The notes under the pieces were generated by a model, which was given only the letters and a program-made list of their open reading frames with translations, searched no databases and was not told the origin of the DNA. From contig CAVZUV010000003.1 in assembly GCA_963778575.1 (NCBI GenBank), positions 17,903 to 81,902 of the forward strand: 64,000 nt of DNA, read 5' to 3'. Below, one piece after another: positions 27,023 through 38,754 of this stretch. A program made the position numbers and the translations under genes. This DNA comes from an uncultured delta proteobacterium. GTDB lineage: Bacteria; Desulfobacterota; Desulfobacteria; Desulfobacterales; UBA11574. Within the stretch, counting starts at the first letter, position 1, and each line of letters opens with the position of its first letter.

Positions 27023-27727
27023 ATGCCGAAGCGGGGTAAAAAATATTTAGAATCAAGTAAAAGGGTTGATGCAAAGGCAAAACTCAGTTTCAGCGAAGCC
27101 GTCCAGATAGCCATCAATTCATCGTATGCAAAATTTGATGAAACTGTTGATGTGGCGGTTCGACTGGGTGTGGATCCCAGACACGCCGATCAGATGGTGC
27201 GCGGCACCGTAATTTTGCCCAACGGCCTTGGTAAAGAGGTGAAAGTTCTCGTATTCGCTAAAGGAGAAAAAGAGCAAGAAGCGATAGACGCGGGGGCGGA
27301 TTTTGTCGGGAACGATGATCTAATAGAAAAAATAAAAGAAGGATGGTTCGGCTTTGATAAAGCTGTTGCAACACCCGACATGATGGGGACTGTCGGAAAA
27401 ATAGGAAAGCTTCTCGGTCCCAGAGGGCTCATGCCCAATGCAAAAGTCGGAACAGTGACATTTGATTTGGCCAGAGTGGTCAAAGAAATCAAAGCCGGTA
27501 AGATTGATTTTAAGGTTGAAAAGGCGGGTATCGTACACGTTCCAATGGGCAAAGTCTCTTTTGGGGTAGAAAAGATTGTTCAGAATGCATCGGTCTTTTT
27601 AGAAACGATCCTTCGACTCAAACCGGCTTCCAGCAAGGGAACCTACCTGAAAGGTATTGCCATCTCAACGACCATGGGACCCGGCGTCAAAATTGATGCG
27701 ACCAGTGTTAAGGATTTATTCAAATAG
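27023..27727 (+). CDS. rplA: 50S ribosomal protein L1
   Basis: 234 aa, conserved L1 sequence, canonical position. Confidence 0.95.
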   Translation: MPKRGKKYLESSKRVDAKAKLSFSEAVQIAINSSYAKFDETVDVAVRLGVDPRHADQMVRGTVILPNGLGKEVKVLVFAKGEKEQEAIDAGADFVGNDDLIEKIKEGWFGFDKAVATPDMMGTVGKIGKLLGPRGLMPNAKVGTVTFDLARVVKEIKAGKIDFKVEKAGIVHVPMGKVSFGVEKIVQNASVFLETILRLKPASSKGTYLKGIAISTTMGPGVKIDATSVKDLFK

Positions 27728-27729
27728 AG

Positions 27730-27905
27730 TTCTTTGCACACGAGCCGCCAATTTAGGTGCTGCCATCCCTAAAATAATTCAATATTTCTGTCAAAGACCG
27801 TAGGTTCACTGGTATGTGTTTAATCGGCAATGCCGGCCTACCGAGACATTGTATTGTGATACGTTGTTCCTCCGGTTTTTACAGATCAAGGAAGGAGGTG
27901 TTTTA
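27730..27905 (+). promoter_or_regulatory. Candidate rplJ (L10) leader RNA
   Basis: A 180-nt untranslated spacer precedes rplJ. It contains AAGACCGTAGG ... CCTACCGAGA, a pairing reminiscent of the L10(L12)4 autoregulatory leader. No covariance model was run. Confidence 0.35.
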
Positions 27906-27909
27906 GCTT

Positions 27910-28431
27910 TTGCGGATAGATAAAAAGAAAGAAATCGTAAAGGATTTGCATGACAAGTTTGCAAGGTCGAAAGTCGTCATCATCACCGACTATAAGGGAC
28001 TTGATGTGGCGACGATAAATGACTTGCGGAGACGATTAAGAGCACATGAGATTGAATATAAAGTGGTGAAGAATTCGTTGCTTGTCAGAGCATCCGAAGA
28101 GACCGACGTTGCATTGATTAAAGATCGGTTTAAAGGCCCGAGCGCCGTTGCTTTAAGCTATGTTGATCCGATAGCGCCGGCAAAGGTGTTGACAAAGTTT
28201 TTAGAAGAATACAGTCAACTAGAAATTAAAACCGGTGTAATGGACGGCAAAGTGCTCGATTTAGACGCTATCAAAAAGATTTCGACCCTTCCCTCTCGAG
28301 AAGAGCTTCTGGGGCAATTCCTTTCGGCGGCCAACGGTGTCGCTACGAGTTTTGTCCGCGTCCTAAACGCCATACCGGTGCAGTTGCTAAATGTACTTCA
28401 GGCCATAAAGGAACAAAAGGAAGCCGCTTGA
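27910..28431 (+). CDS. rplJ: 50S ribosomal protein L10
   Basis: 173 aa, TTG start, conserved L10 sequence, position before rplL. Confidence 0.93.
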   Translation: MRIDKKKEIVKDLHDKFARSKVVIITDYKGLDVATINDLRRRLRAHEIEYKVVKNSLLVRASEETDVALIKDRFKGPSAVALSYVDPIAPAKVLTKFLEEYSQLEIKTGVMDGKVLDLDAIKKISTLPSREELLGQFLSAANGVATSFVRVLNAIPVQLLNVLQAIKEQKEAA

Positions 28432-28487
28432 TAAGAACGAGTCCGAAAGGTCCCCAATGTTAAAAGCAAACTGGAGGAAAAATCAAA

Positions 28488-28871
28488 ATGTCAGATATTA
28501 CCAAAGAAGATGTCATTGAATTTATAGCCAATATGTCGGTGCTCGAATTGTCCGAGCTGGTTAAAGAAATGGAAGAAAAATTCGGAGTTTCCGCAGCCGC
28601 ACCTGTAGCCGTTGCCGTTGGCGGTCCTGCTGAAGGCGGGGCCGCCGCAGAAGAAGAAAAAACCGAATTTGATGTAATCCTGACGACTTTTGGCGATAAG
28701 AAAATCCAAGTTATCAAGGAAGTCAGGGCGATTACCGGGTTAGGACTGAAAGAAGCAAAGACCTTGGTCGATGAGGTCCCCAAACCCGTCAAGGAAGGTG
28801 TTACGAAAGAAGAGGCTGAAAAAATCAAAAGCCAGCTTGAGGAAGCTGGCGCCCAGGTTGAGATAAAGTAA
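28488..28871 (+). CDS. rplL: 50S ribosomal protein L7/L12
   Basis: Ala/Gly hinge [26 protein letters not shown] and C-terminal domain [16 protein letters not shown]. Confidence 0.97.
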   Translation: MSDITKEDVIEFIANMSVLELSELVKEMEEKFGVSAAAPVAVAVGGPAEGGAAAEEEKTEFDVILTTFGDKKIQVIKEVRAITGLGLKEAKTLVDEVPKPVKEGVTKEEAEKIKSQLEEAGAQVEIK

Positions 28872-28885
28872 TAAAAATAAGGTAA

Positions 28886-28973
28886 GGGTTGATGGGTGAT
28901 GGGCGGCGGTAAAAGAGTTTTATTGATCTTTTCACCATAAAGCCCATAACCTATAACCCATGACCTATAACCC
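28886..28973. repeat. Imperfect hairpin of GGGTTAT/ATAGGTCAT words in the rplL-rpoB spacer
   Basis: GGGTTGATGGGTGATGGGC (28886..28904) faces GCCCATAACCTATAACCCATGACCTATAACCC (28942..28973). It shares the words GGTTATGGGC and ATAGGTCATGG with 51080..51108. Confidence 0.6.
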
Positions 28974-28994
28974 AATCTACATATTGGAGATACA

Positions 28995-31900
28995 ATGTCG
29001 GAAAGGCTTTTGGCATACAGACGCATAAGAAAAAATTTTGGGAAAATAGCCAAAATAATTGATATTCCTAATCTTATTGCGGTACAGCAGGAATCCTACA
29101 ATCGATTTTTGCAAAAGGATGTTCCTCCGGAAAAAAGAAGAGAGATCGGTTTGCAAGCGGTGTTCAAGTCGGTGTTTCCCATAAAAGATTTCACAGGGAC
29201 CGCTTCTCTTGAATTTGTGGGGTATCGATTTGGAGAAGTCAAACACAGCGTTCAGGAATGCATGCACCGGGGAATGACTTATGAGATTCCGCTTCGTATC
29301 ACCGTAAGACTGGTTGTATACGACATCGATAAAGAGTCGGGGGTTACAAATATCCGCGATATCAAAGAGCAGGAGATATACTTTGGTACGATTCCCTTGA
29401 TGACCGATAATGGGACATTTATCATTAACGGTACTGAACGTGTCGTGGTAAGCCAGCTTCACAGATCTTCCGGCGTGTTTTTCGATCATGACAAAGGCAA
29501 GACGCATTCCAGCGGCAAGGTCATATATACTTCCCGGATTATCCCTGTGCGCGGGTCGTGGATCGATATGGAGATCGATCATAAAGATATCGTTTATATT
29601 CGAATTGACAGGCGCCGGAAGCTTCCGATTACCATTCTTTTTAAAGCCTTCGGATATAATTCCGAGGACATTCTGGCCTATTTTTATAAAACGGAAAAAT
29701 TCGTTACCCAAGGCAAACGGCTGTTTAAAAAAATTGATGAGGACCTGGTGAAAGGTCAACGTGCCAGTCGGGATGTAAAGGATCCCAAAACCGGTGAAAC
29801 CATTGTTGCTAAAGGACGGGCATTTACCAAAGTTGCACTTAAACGTCTCGGTTCAGCGAATATCGACATGATTCCAATCAGTGCCGAAGATATTACCAAC
29901 GGCGTTTTTTTCAAAAAGATCGTTAATCCCGAAAATGGAGAACCGATAGTCAAATGCAACCAGAAATTTGACGAAGAGACTTACCAGACCTTGCAAGATA
30001 ACGGTATTACCGAATTTGATCTGCTTTATATTGACGGCGTAACCACCAGTGATTCCATTCACAAGACATTGCTTTTGGATAAAGTCGAAACAAAAGAGGG
30101 AGCGCTCATTGAGATCTATCGGAGGCTGAGGCCCGGGAATCCCGCGACACCCGAAGTAGCCCAAGATTTTGTTGATCACATGTTTTTTAAGTCTTCTTAT
30201 TATGATCTTTCCGGTGTCGGGCGAATGAAAATCAACATTCGTTTAGGCATCAACTCATCCATTCAATTAAGAACCCTTAGGAAGGAGGATATCCTCCTTA
30301 CAACGAAAACGCTGTTGGAACTCAAGGATACGCAGGGCGCGGTTGATGATATCGATCACTTGGGGAATCGCAGGGTGCGTGCCGTCGGGGAACTCCTTGA
30401 AAATCAATACCGTATCGGGCTGGTCAGAATGGAACGCGCCATTAAGGAAAGGATGAGTCTGCAAGAGGTCGATGCCCTGATGCCCCACGATCTTGCCAAT
30501 CCCAAGCCGGTTTCAGCGGTGGTTAAAGAGTTTTTCGGAACCAGCCAGCTTAGCCAATTCATGGATCAGACAAATCCGCTGTCGGAAACAACGCACAAAA
30601 GACGTTTGAGTGCTCTGGGCCCCGGAGGATTGACCCGTGAAAGGGCCGGCTTCGAGGTCAGAGATGTTCATCCGTCGCATTACGGACGAATTTGTCCCAT
30701 AGAAACACCGGAAGGACCCAATATCGGCCTTATTGTATCCCTGAGCACATATGCCCGGGTGAATGAATATGGTTTTATTGAAACACCGTACAGCGTTGTT
30801 AAAGGCGGTACCGTGTTTGAAGATGTAAAATTCCTTACCGCCTTTGAAGAAAAAGAACATCCCATTGCCCAGGCGAATGCATTGCTTGACGAAAAGAGAA
30901 GATATATCAATCCATTGGTAACGTCGAGGGTGGGCGGAGAATTCATGATGGTAAAAGCGGATGATATCGAGCTGATGGATATTTCTCCCAACCAACTGGT
31001 CAGTGTTTCAGCATCCCTTATTCCGTTTCTTGAAAATGATGACGCCAACAGAGCATTAATGGGATCGAATATGCAGCGTCAGGCCGTTCCTTTGATGGTC
31101 AGCAAGGCGCCTCTGGTGGGTACCGGCATCGAAGGAGTGGTGGCCAAGGACTCCGGCGTTACCGTGGTAGCGCGGCATAACGGCATCGTTATGGATGTGG
31201 ATGCTTCCCGGATCGTTTTGAGACATGAAGACAAAGATGGCGACGAGTCTTCCGAGATGCCGGTTACGGTTTACAACCTCTCAAAATTTATTCGTTCCAA
31301 TCAGAATACATGTTTTAATCAACGCCCTATTGTCAGAAAAGGACAAAAAATAATAGCCGGACAGATCATCGCTGACGGCCCGGCGACAGACCACGGCGAA
31401 CTTGCCCTTGGAAAAAACATTACCGTGGCTTTCATGCCGTGGGGTGGATATAATTTTGAGGATTCCATTCTCATGGGTGAAAGGCTTCACCGGGACGGCG
31501 TATATACCTCTGTACATATTGAGGAGTTTGAAGTCGTTTCCAGGGATACCAAGCTTGGCAAGGAAGATATCACCCGCGATATCCCAAATGTGGGTGAAGA
31601 GGCTTTAAAGGAACTGGATGACAGCGGTATTATCAGGCTCGGCGCCGAGGTGAATCCGGGAGATATTCTGGTGGGTAAAATTACGCCCAAAGGTGAAACA
31701 CAACTTTCGCCTGAAGAAAAACTTTTACGGGCTATTTTCGGAGAAAAAGCCGGGGATGTGAAGGATACTTCTCTGCGGGTTCCTCCCGGTGTTCAGGGGA
31801 TTGTTATCGATGCCAAAGTTTTTTCAAGGCGTGGCGTCGAAAAGGACGAACGCACCCGATGGATCGAAGATACCGAAATCGCCGGCCTTGAAAAAGAAAG

Positions 31901-33098
31901 AGATGATAAACTTTTCGTTATTCAGGCTGTGGTTCGCACGAAGCTTGAAAAATTGCTGGTTGGGCAGACCAGTCTTTCACCTTTGAAAAAAGGGAAAAAA
32001 GTTCTGATTCAAAAAGGGGATACCATAAACGCCGATATGCTGGCGGAAATACCTGTGGCTCAACTTGAAGGGATTGTTTTAAAGGACTCTCAGCTAACCG
32101 AGCAGACCCACGATATGCTTGAGCGATATCGGGAACAGTGTGACATCTGCAGAAACGAATTCGAGCGGCAGGTCGGCCGATATGAAAAAGGAGACGATCT
32201 CCCGCCGGGCGTTATAAAAATGGTTAAGGTCTATGTCGCCATGAAACGGAAGCTTTCCGTGGGTGACAAAATGGCCGGTCGGCACGGGAACAAGGGCGTC
32301 GTGTCGAGAATTCTTCCCCAGGAGGATTTGCCATATTTTGAAGACGGGACTCCGGTGGACATGATTTTGAACCCTTTGGGAGTGCCTTCCAGGATGAATG
32401 TCGGCCAGGTTTTGGAAATACATTTGGGTTGGGCTTCCAAAGGCCTTGGCGATCAACTCAACAAACTTCTTGAAGAACATAAGATTGAAGCGCTTCGAGA
32501 CAAAATCAAAAGAATATTTGAAGAACCGTCTACGAATGAGATGGTCGACGGCTTTGATGACAAAGAAGTGTGTGAGTTCGTAAAAGATTATAAAGACGGT
32601 GTCCACATGGCCACGCCGGTTTTTGACGGCGCCAAGGAAGCAGAAATCAAATCTCTCCTAGAAGAAGCGGGACTCAGCCCGAGCGGCCAGACAACGCTTT
32701 ATGACGGGCGCACCGGTGAACCTTTTAAAGAAAAGATTACCGTCGGCACGATGTATATATTGAAACTTCATCATCTTGTGGATGACAAGATCCATGCCAG
32801 GTCCATTGGCCCATATTCGCTGGTGACACAGCAACCGTTGGGCGGGAAAGCACAATTCGGAGGTCAGCGCCTTGGAGAAATGGAAGTCTGGGCGATGGAA
32901 GCCTATGGAGCGGCCCATGCGCTGCAAGAATTTTTAACCGTAAAATCGGATGACATGGCCGGTAGAACACGCATGTATGAAAAGATCGTAAAAGGTCAAA
33001 ATACGCTGGATCCGGGCCTGCCCGAGTCATTTAAAGTGTTGACCAAAGAATTGAAGAGTTTGGGCCTGGATATAACACTTTTAGAAGGAAAACAATAA
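28995..33098 (+). CDS. rpoB: DNA-directed RNA polymerase subunit beta
   Basis: 1367 aa with conserved beta motifs throughout (for example [38 protein letters not shown]). Confidence 0.98.
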   Translation: MSERLLAYRRIRKNFGKIAKIIDIPNLIAVQQESYNRFLQKDVPPEKRREIGLQAVFKSVFPIKDFTGTASLEFVGYRFGEVKHSVQECMHRGMTYEIPLRITVRLVVYDIDKESGVTNIRDIKEQEIYFGTIPLMTDNGTFIINGTERVVVSQLHRSSGVFFDHDKGKTHSSGKVIYTSRIIPVRGSWIDMEIDHKDIVYIRIDRRRKLPITILFKAFGYNSEDILAYFYKTEKFVTQGKRLFKKIDEDLVKGQRASRDVKDPKTGETIVAKGRAFTKVALKRLGSANIDMIPISAEDITNGVFFKKIVNPENGEPIVKCNQKFDEETYQTLQDNGITEFDLLYIDGVTTSDSIHKTLLLDKVETKEGALIEIYRRLRPGNPATPEVAQDFVDHMFFKSSYYDLSGVGRMKINIRLGINSSIQLRTLRKEDILLTTKTLLELKDTQGAVDDIDHLGNRRVRAVGELLENQYRIGLVRMERAIKERMSLQEVDALMPHDLANPKPVSAVVKEFFGTSQLSQFMDQTNPLSETTHKRRLSALGPGGLTRERAGFEVRDVHPSHYGRICPIETPEGPNIGLIVSLSTYARVNEYGFIETPYSVVKGGTVFEDVKFLTAFEEKEHPIAQANALLDEKRRYINPLVTSRVGGEFMMVKADDIELMDISPNQLVSVSASLIPFLENDDANRALMGSNMQRQAVPLMVSKAPLVGTGIEGVVAKDSGVTVVARHNGIVMDVDASRIVLRHEDKDGDESSEMPVTVYNLSKFIRSNQNTCFNQRPIVRKGQKIIAGQIIADGPATDHGELALGKNITVAFMPWGGYNFEDSILMGERLHRDGVYTSVHIEEFEVVSRDTKLGKEDITRDIPNVGEEALKELDDSGIIRLGAEVNPGDILVGKITPKGETQLSPEEKLLRAIFGEKAGDVKDTSLRVPPGVQGIVIDAKVFSRRGVEKDERTRWIEDTEIAGLEKERDDKLFVIQAVVRTKLEKLLVGQTSLSPLKKGKKVLIQKGDTINADMLAEIPVAQLEGIVLKDSQLTEQTHDMLERYREQCDICRNEFERQVGRYEKGDDLPPGVIKMVKVYVAMKRKLSVGDKMAGRHGNKGVVSRILPQEDLPYFEDGTPVDMILNPLGVPSRMNVGQVLEIHLGWASKGLGDQLNKLLEEHKIEALRDKIKRIFEEPSTNEMVDGFDDKEVCEFVKDYKDGVHMATPVFDGAKEAEIKSLLEEAGLSPSGQTTLYDGRTGEPFKEKITVGTMYILKLHHLVDDKIHARSIGPYSLVTQQPLGGKAQFGGQRLGEMEVWAMEAYGAAHALQEFLTVKSDDMAGRTRMYEKIVKGQNTLDPGLPESFKVLTKELKSLGLDITLLEGKQ

Positions 33099-33113
33099 AA
33101 CAGGAGAAAGTAA

Positions 33114-36100
33114 ATGGAAACGTTATACGATTTTTTTGCCAAGCCGACTGATCCGAAACTTTATTCCGGAATCAGGATTTCGCTGGCATCTCCTGAGCAG
33201 ATTTTAAAATGGTCCCATGGAGAGATCAAAAAGCCGGAGACCATCAACTATCGTACGTTTAAACCTGAACGCGACGGTCTTTTTTGCGCCAAGATTTTTG
33301 GCCCTACAAAGGACTATGAATGCAACTGCGGAAAATATAAACGTATGAAGCACAGGGGCGTCATATGTGAAAAATGCGGCGTGGAGGTCATCCAATCCAA
33401 AGTTCGGAGGGAACGGATGGCCCATATTGAATTGGCCACGCCGTGTTCGCATATCTGGTTTTTAAGAAGCCTTCCGAGCAAAATCGGAAACCTGCTGGAT
33501 ATGACGCTGAAAAATCTTGAAAAAGTGATTTACTTTGACAGTTACATCGTCATTGACCCGAAAGATACGGATTTGAGTCCCCAACAGCTTTTATCAGAGG
33601 AAAAATATCGAGAAGCGCGCGAGATCTACGGGACACAATTTGAAGCCGGTATCGGCGCAGAGGCGATCAAGACATTGCTCGGGAAAATCGATCTCAATGC
33701 ATTATATAAAGATTTAAGGGTCGACATTAACGCCACCGGGTCAGTGGCAAAACGCCAGAAGCTGTCCAAACGGCTCAGAATTATCGATGCCTTCAGACGT
33801 TCGGGAGTCGATCCGACGTGGATGATTATGGACGTTATTCCCGTCCTGCCGCCGGATTTACGGCCCCTTGTCCCTCTTGAGGGCGGGAGGTTCGCCACAT
33901 CCGATCTCAATGATCTTTATCGCAGGGTGATCAACCGCAACAATCGGTTAAAACGCCTCATCGAACTGAAAGCGCCTGATATTATTGTTCGAAATGAAAA
34001 AAGGATGCTTCAAGAGTCGATGGATGTTCTTTTTGACAACGGGCGGCACGGAAGGGCGATCATGGGGTCGAACAAACGACCGTTAAAATCATTAAGCGAT
34101 ACATTAAAAGGCAAGCAGGGACGTTTCAGACAGAACCTGCTGGGTAAAAGGGTCGACTATTCCGGTCGTACCGTCATTACCATTGGGCCGAATCTCAGAC
34201 TGCACCAGTGCGGCCTTCCGAAGAAAATGGCGCTGGAAATGTTCAAACCGTTTGTTTATTATCGTTTGGAACAAAAAGGGCTTGTGTCCACCGTAAAAAG
34301 CGCTAAAAAGATGGTGGAACGCGAAGTGCCTGAAGTTTGGGATACGCTGGATGAAGTGGTTAGAGAATATCCGGTAATGTTAAACCGTGCGCCGACCCTT
34401 CATCGATTGGGCATTCAAGCTTTTGAACCGATTCTCATCGAGGGAAAGGCCATTCAACTTCATCCGTTGGTTTGTACGGCATTCAATGCGGACTTCGACG
34501 GCGATCAGATGGCGGTTCATATCCCGTTGTCCGTTGAGGCTCAGATAGAGGCAAGGGTATTGATGCTGTCTTCCAACAATATCCTGTCTCCGGCAAACGG
34601 CAGCCCGATTATCGTACCGAGTCAGGATATCGTTCTTGGAATATATTATATGACCCGAGGTGTAACCGGATCAAAAGGCGAAGGCAAAATATTTTCAAAT
34701 CCGGAAGAGGTTCGCAGTGCATACGATGCGAAAGCCGTAGATCTTCATGCCAAAATCATGGTTCGTATCGACGGTGAACGATATAACACAACCGTGGGGC
34801 GCATCCTTTTATGGGAAATCATACCCAAAGATAACATTATGTTGATGCGTCATATCAAGTTTTTTGACAAAGATGAGGCAACAACCGTTAATGACAAGAT
34901 AAATTCCGGTGAAGATTTTGTTGAAATGGTAGCTCAATATTCCAAAGGACTTGATCGGGAAAATCAGGGGCTTATCGGTTTATTCAGAAAAGACGAATTT
35001 AGACGGGTTTTCAGTGTTTCGGATGAAGATACGGAAAAGGTCTTCGCGCTTGAAAAGGATGAAATAAGCCATGTCATTTTTGCTGATGATGCCTACCATA
35101 TTTTTCAGATTGTCAACAAGCGTCCCGAAATACCTTTTACGATGATCAACACTGTCAAAGACAAAAAGACCTTGAGCGAACTTGTGGATTATGCCTATCG
35201 GAACTTGGGTCCCAAAGCGACGGTCATCCTGTCGGACCGGTTAAAAAACATCGGATATCAATACTCCACCGAAGGGGGACTTTCAATTTCCATTGACGCC
35301 ATGATTATTCCGGCAGCCAAGTGGGATATTCTGAATCAGGCCGAAAAACAGGCTGAAAAAATCGGCCGGCAATATACCGAGGGGCTTATTACTCAAGGTG
35401 AAAAGTATAATAAGGTCGTCGATATATGGGCAAAGGCAACCGATGATGTTGCCGATGAAATGATGAAAGCCATGCGCATTGCGCCGGTGATCGATAGCGA
35501 GGGCAACCCTGTTCTGGATGAAGAAGGAAGTCCCGTTGTAGAAGAAAGTTTCAACCCTATCTATATGATGGCCGACTCCGGCGCCAGAGGAAGCAAAGAC
35601 CAAATGCGTCAGCTTGCCGGCATGAGAGGCTTGATGGCGAAACCTTCCGGTGAAATCATTGAAACACCCATCAGCGCTAATTTTAGAGAAGGACTTTCCG
35701 TGCTTCAATATTTCATATCAACTCACGGAGCCAGGAAAGGTCTTGCTGATACAGCGCTTAAAACCGCCAATTCAGGATATCTTACGCGAAGGCTTGCCGA
35801 TGTCGCCCAAGACTGTATTGTACTTGAAGAAGACTGCGGGACGATGATCGGTGTTGAAGTCGAACCGCTGATGGAAGGCGGTGAAGTGATACAGCGTCTT
35901 GAAGAAAGAATTTTAGGACGTGTTGCAATAGAAGACATTCATGATCCGTTTACGGATGAAGTCATCGTTAAAGCCGGTGGAGACCTGGATGAAGATGCCG
36001 TAAAGGCCGTTGAACAGGCCGGACTTACCAAGGTGAAAATCAGGTCTGTTTTGACGTGTAGAAGTAAAAGTGGCGTTTGTGCCAAGTGCTACGGCCGAGA

Positions 36101-37511
36101 TCTTGCCCATGGTGCAAAGGTTGAAATGGGACAGGCGGTGGGCATTCTTGCCGCCCAATCGATCGGTGAACCCGGCACCCAGTTGACCATGCGGACGTTC
36201 CATATCGGCGGAACTGCGAGCAGAAGGGTTGAACAGGCTGATATCCGGGCCAGGGTAGACGGCACGGTTAAATTCGTAAATATCAATGTGGTCCAAAAAG
36301 ACAGACATCGATTTGTGGTAATGAACCGCAGGGGTGGCGAAATATCCATTATCGGCGAAACCGGTCGAGAGAGAGAACGTTTTCCGGTCATTTACGGCGC
36401 TCATATAGAGGTCAAAGACGGCACCAAGGTTAAAGCCGGAGATCTTTTAGTGACGTGGGATCCGTTTACAACCCCCATCATTACGGAAGTTGACGGTGCC
36501 GTTAAATTTGGTGATATCACAGCGGGTAAAACCATGCAGGAAAAAGTCGATCCTGTTACCGGGAAATCGAGCCGAACGATCATAGAGTCCAAAAGCGGTG
36601 AGGAGCGTCCAAGGATATCCGTTAAGGACAAGGATGGGAAAACAGCCATCTTACCGGGTTCTTCACAAGCCGCCCGATATTTGTTGCCCATAAATGCCAT
36701 TTTATTGGTTGAAGAAGGAGATGATGTTAAGGCCGGAGATGTTATCGCCAAGCTGCCGCGCGCCACGACCAAGACAAAAGATATCACCGGTGGTCTGCCA
36801 AGGGTGGCGGAGCTTTTTGAGGTTCGAAAACCAAAAGAAACCGCTGTGTTGAGTGAAATCGACGGTTATGTTTCAATATCGAAGGCAACCAAGAAGGGCA
36901 AACAGAAAATTACTGTTACACCGGTAGATGTCGGTGAAAAGAAAGAATATTTGATCACGCGGGGCAAACATATCAATGTTTACGAAGGGGATTACATCAG
37001 GGCGGGTGAAGCGCTGATCAGCGGTTCCTCCATCCCCCAAGACATACTGAATATCAAAGGTGAAATTGCCCTGGCCCGGTATCTTGTAGATGAGGTTCAG
37101 GAGGTCTACCGTTTGCAAGGTGTTCGAATAAACGATAAACATATTGAAGTTATCGTAAGACAGATGATGCGACGTGTTAAAGTCCTTGATGCGGGAGATA
37201 CGGATTTTATTCTTGAAGAACAGGTGGATCGGGTCCAATTTGAGGAAGCGAATCAGGCCGTTATCAAAAAAGGGAAGAAACCCGCTGTTGCCGGACCTCT
37301 CATTTTGGGCATTACCAAGGCGTCTCTTTCGACGGAAAGTTTTATATCCGCCGCTTCATTCCAGGAAACAACCAAAGTGCTCACCGACGCCTCTATTGCA
37401 GCAAAGGAGGATTATCTGGCCGGGCTCAAGGAAAATGTTATTATGGGAAGACTCATGCCCGCCGGAACCGGTCTTTTTAAGTATAAAGAATTGGATATTA
37501 TTTCGAATTAA
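33114..37511 (+). CDS. rpoC: DNA-directed RNA polymerase subunit beta-prime, carrying an extra ~100-aa internal domain
   Basis: 1465 aa. Features include the Zn finger [29 protein letters not shown], the bridge helix and a trigger loop with an SI3-like insert. Confidence 0.98.
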   Translation: METLYDFFAKPTDPKLYSGIRISLASPEQILKWSHGEIKKPETINYRTFKPERDGLFCAKIFGPTKDYECNCGKYKRMKHRGVICEKCGVEVIQSKVRRERMAHIELATPCSHIWFLRSLPSKIGNLLDMTLKNLEKVIYFDSYIVIDPKDTDLSPQQLLSEEKYREAREIYGTQFEAGIGAEAIKTLLGKIDLNALYKDLRVDINATGSVAKRQKLSKRLRIIDAFRRSGVDPTWMIMDVIPVLPPDLRPLVPLEGGRFATSDLNDLYRRVINRNNRLKRLIELKAPDIIVRNEKRMLQESMDVLFDNGRHGRAIMGSNKRPLKSLSDTLKGKQGRFRQNLLGKRVDYSGRTVITIGPNLRLHQCGLPKKMALEMFKPFVYYRLEQKGLVSTVKSAKKMVEREVPEVWDTLDEVVREYPVMLNRAPTLHRLGIQAFEPILIEGKAIQLHPLVCTAFNADFDGDQMAVHIPLSVEAQIEARVLMLSSNNILSPANGSPIIVPSQDIVLGIYYMTRGVTGSKGEGKIFSNPEEVRSAYDAKAVDLHAKIMVRIDGERYNTTVGRILLWEIIPKDNIMLMRHIKFFDKDEATTVNDKINSGEDFVEMVAQYSKGLDRENQGLIGLFRKDEFRRVFSVSDEDTEKVFALEKDEISHVIFADDAYHIFQIVNKRPEIPFTMINTVKDKKTLSELVDYAYRNLGPKATVILSDRLKNIGYQYSTEGGLSISIDAMIIPAAKWDILNQAEKQAEKIGRQYTEGLITQGEKYNKVVDIWAKATDDVADEMMKAMRIAPVIDSEGNPVLDEEGSPVVEESFNPIYMMADSGARGSKDQMRQLAGMRGLMAKPSGEIIETPISANFREGLSVLQYFISTHGARKGLADTALKTANSGYLTRRLADVAQDCIVLEEDCGTMIGVEVEPLMEGGEVIQRLEERILGRVAIEDIHDPFTDEVIVKAGGDLDEDAVKAVEQAGLTKVKIRSVLTCRSKSGVCAKCYGRDLAHGAKVEMGQAVGILAAQSIGEPGTQLTMRTFHIGGTASRRVEQADIRARVDGTVKFVNINVVQKDRHRFVVMNRRGGEISIIGETGRERERFPVIYGAHIEVKDGTKVKAGDLLVTWDPFTTPIITEVDGAVKFGDITAGKTMQEKVDPVTGKSSRTIIESKSGEERPRISVKDKDGKTAILPGSSQAARYLLPINAILLVEEGDDVKAGDVIAKLPRATTKTKDITGGLPRVAELFEVRKPKETAVLSEIDGYVSISKATKKGKQKITVTPVDVGEKKEYLITRGKHINVYEGDYIRAGEALISGSSIPQDILNIKGEIALARYLVDEVQEVYRLQGVRINDKHIEVIVRQMMRRVKVLDAGDTDFILEEQVDRVQFEEANQAVIKKGKKPAVAGPLILGITKASLSTESFISAASFQETTKVLTDASIAAKEDYLAGLKENVIMGRLMPAGTGLFKYKELDIISN
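34830..35129 (+). other. Parvulin/PpiC-type PPIase-like domain inserted in-frame in rpoC (residues ~573-672)
   Basis: The segment is [93 protein letters not shown]. It aligns motif-by-motif with E. coli PpiC (ALHILV..IKNGADFGKLAKKHS....GGDLGEF......F......GP....FGYHIIKV). Confidence 0.7.
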
Positions 37512-37640
37512 TAAGGAAATTTTTATGGCATGGATCTTTGTGCCCGGTTTTGAATTCGGACAAAGTAATGCTTAAAAACCATGGGGCCGAAACCGTTTAA
37601 AAATCGATGATCAAAAGTCCATATTAATTAATAAAAAGGC

Positions 37641-37668
37641 TTGACAAATTAGCCTTTACGATTAATAG
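37641..37668 (+). promoter_or_regulatory. Candidate sigma70-type promoter upstream of rpsL
   Basis: TTGACA (37641..37646), 16 nt, TAATAG (37663..37668), about 58 nt upstream of the rpsL ATG. Motif match only. Confidence 0.35.
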
Positions 37669-37725
37669 TAACCATTTTGCCAAGACTGGATTTCCCTTAT
37701 TAAGCGACAAAGGATTTAATAAACG

Positions 37726-38097
37726 ATGCCGACGATTAATCAACTGGTCAGAAAAGGAAGAAAGCGAGCCAAGAAGAAAACCAACACTCCGGCTCTCAAA
37801 GGAAGCCCCCAAAAAAGAGGTGTGTGCACGCGTGTATATACATCGACGCCCAAAAAACCCAATTCAGCTTTGCGAAAAGTCGCTCGAGTTCGACTTACAA
37901 CGGGTATAGAGGTTACCGCATATATACCGGGAATTGGTCACAACCTTCAGGAACATTCGGTTGTTCTCGTTCGCGGTGGCCGTGTGAAAGACCTTCCGGG
38001 GGTGAGGTATCATATCGTTAGAGGGACCCTGGACACACTTGGCGTTGAGGATCGAAAACAAGGTCGGTCAAAATACGGGTCCAAAAAACCAAAGTGA
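37726..38097 (+). CDS. rpsL: 30S ribosomal protein S12
   Basis: [12 protein letters not shown]...[16 protein letters not shown]. Confidence 0.98.
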   Translation: MPTINQLVRKGRKRAKKKTNTPALKGSPQKRGVCTRVYTSTPKKPNSALRKVARVRLTTGIEVTAYIPGIGHNLQEHSVVLVRGGRVKDLPGVRYHIVRGTLDTLGVEDRKQGRSKYGSKKPK

Positions 38098-38184
38098 AAA
38101 CGTGTCATGTTGTGCAAGATTCGCGCAGGATGTGTTTGATTTCTTGCTTCATGAAAATGAATAAAATTAACAATAGTGGTGTGA

Positions 38185-38658
<474 letters not shown>

Positions 38659-38754
38659 ACACATAAACGGTTTTGTTTAGGGTGTTGACCCACACCCGAA
38701 GCATCTATGACATAATAGAAAGCATATTAAATATACATTACTAACCCGTTTAAA

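Noticed and set aside
28460-29759. 197-aa and 260-aa minus-strand ORFs over rplL and the rpoB start
   Set aside because: They are antisense to universally conserved genes and low-complexity, with no recognisable family.
34830-35129. Intein or mobile intron as the explanation for the extra rpoC segment
   Set aside because: There are no intein junction residues (no Cys/Ser/Thr at the N-junction, no His-Asn plus Cys/Ser/Thr at the C-junction) and no endonuclease motifs. The reading frame is continuous and the segment has a parvulin signature.
38685-38716. TTGACC ... CATAAT promoter-like pair upstream of the second tuf
   Set aside because: The spacer is 20 nt by count, too long for a sigma70 promoter.
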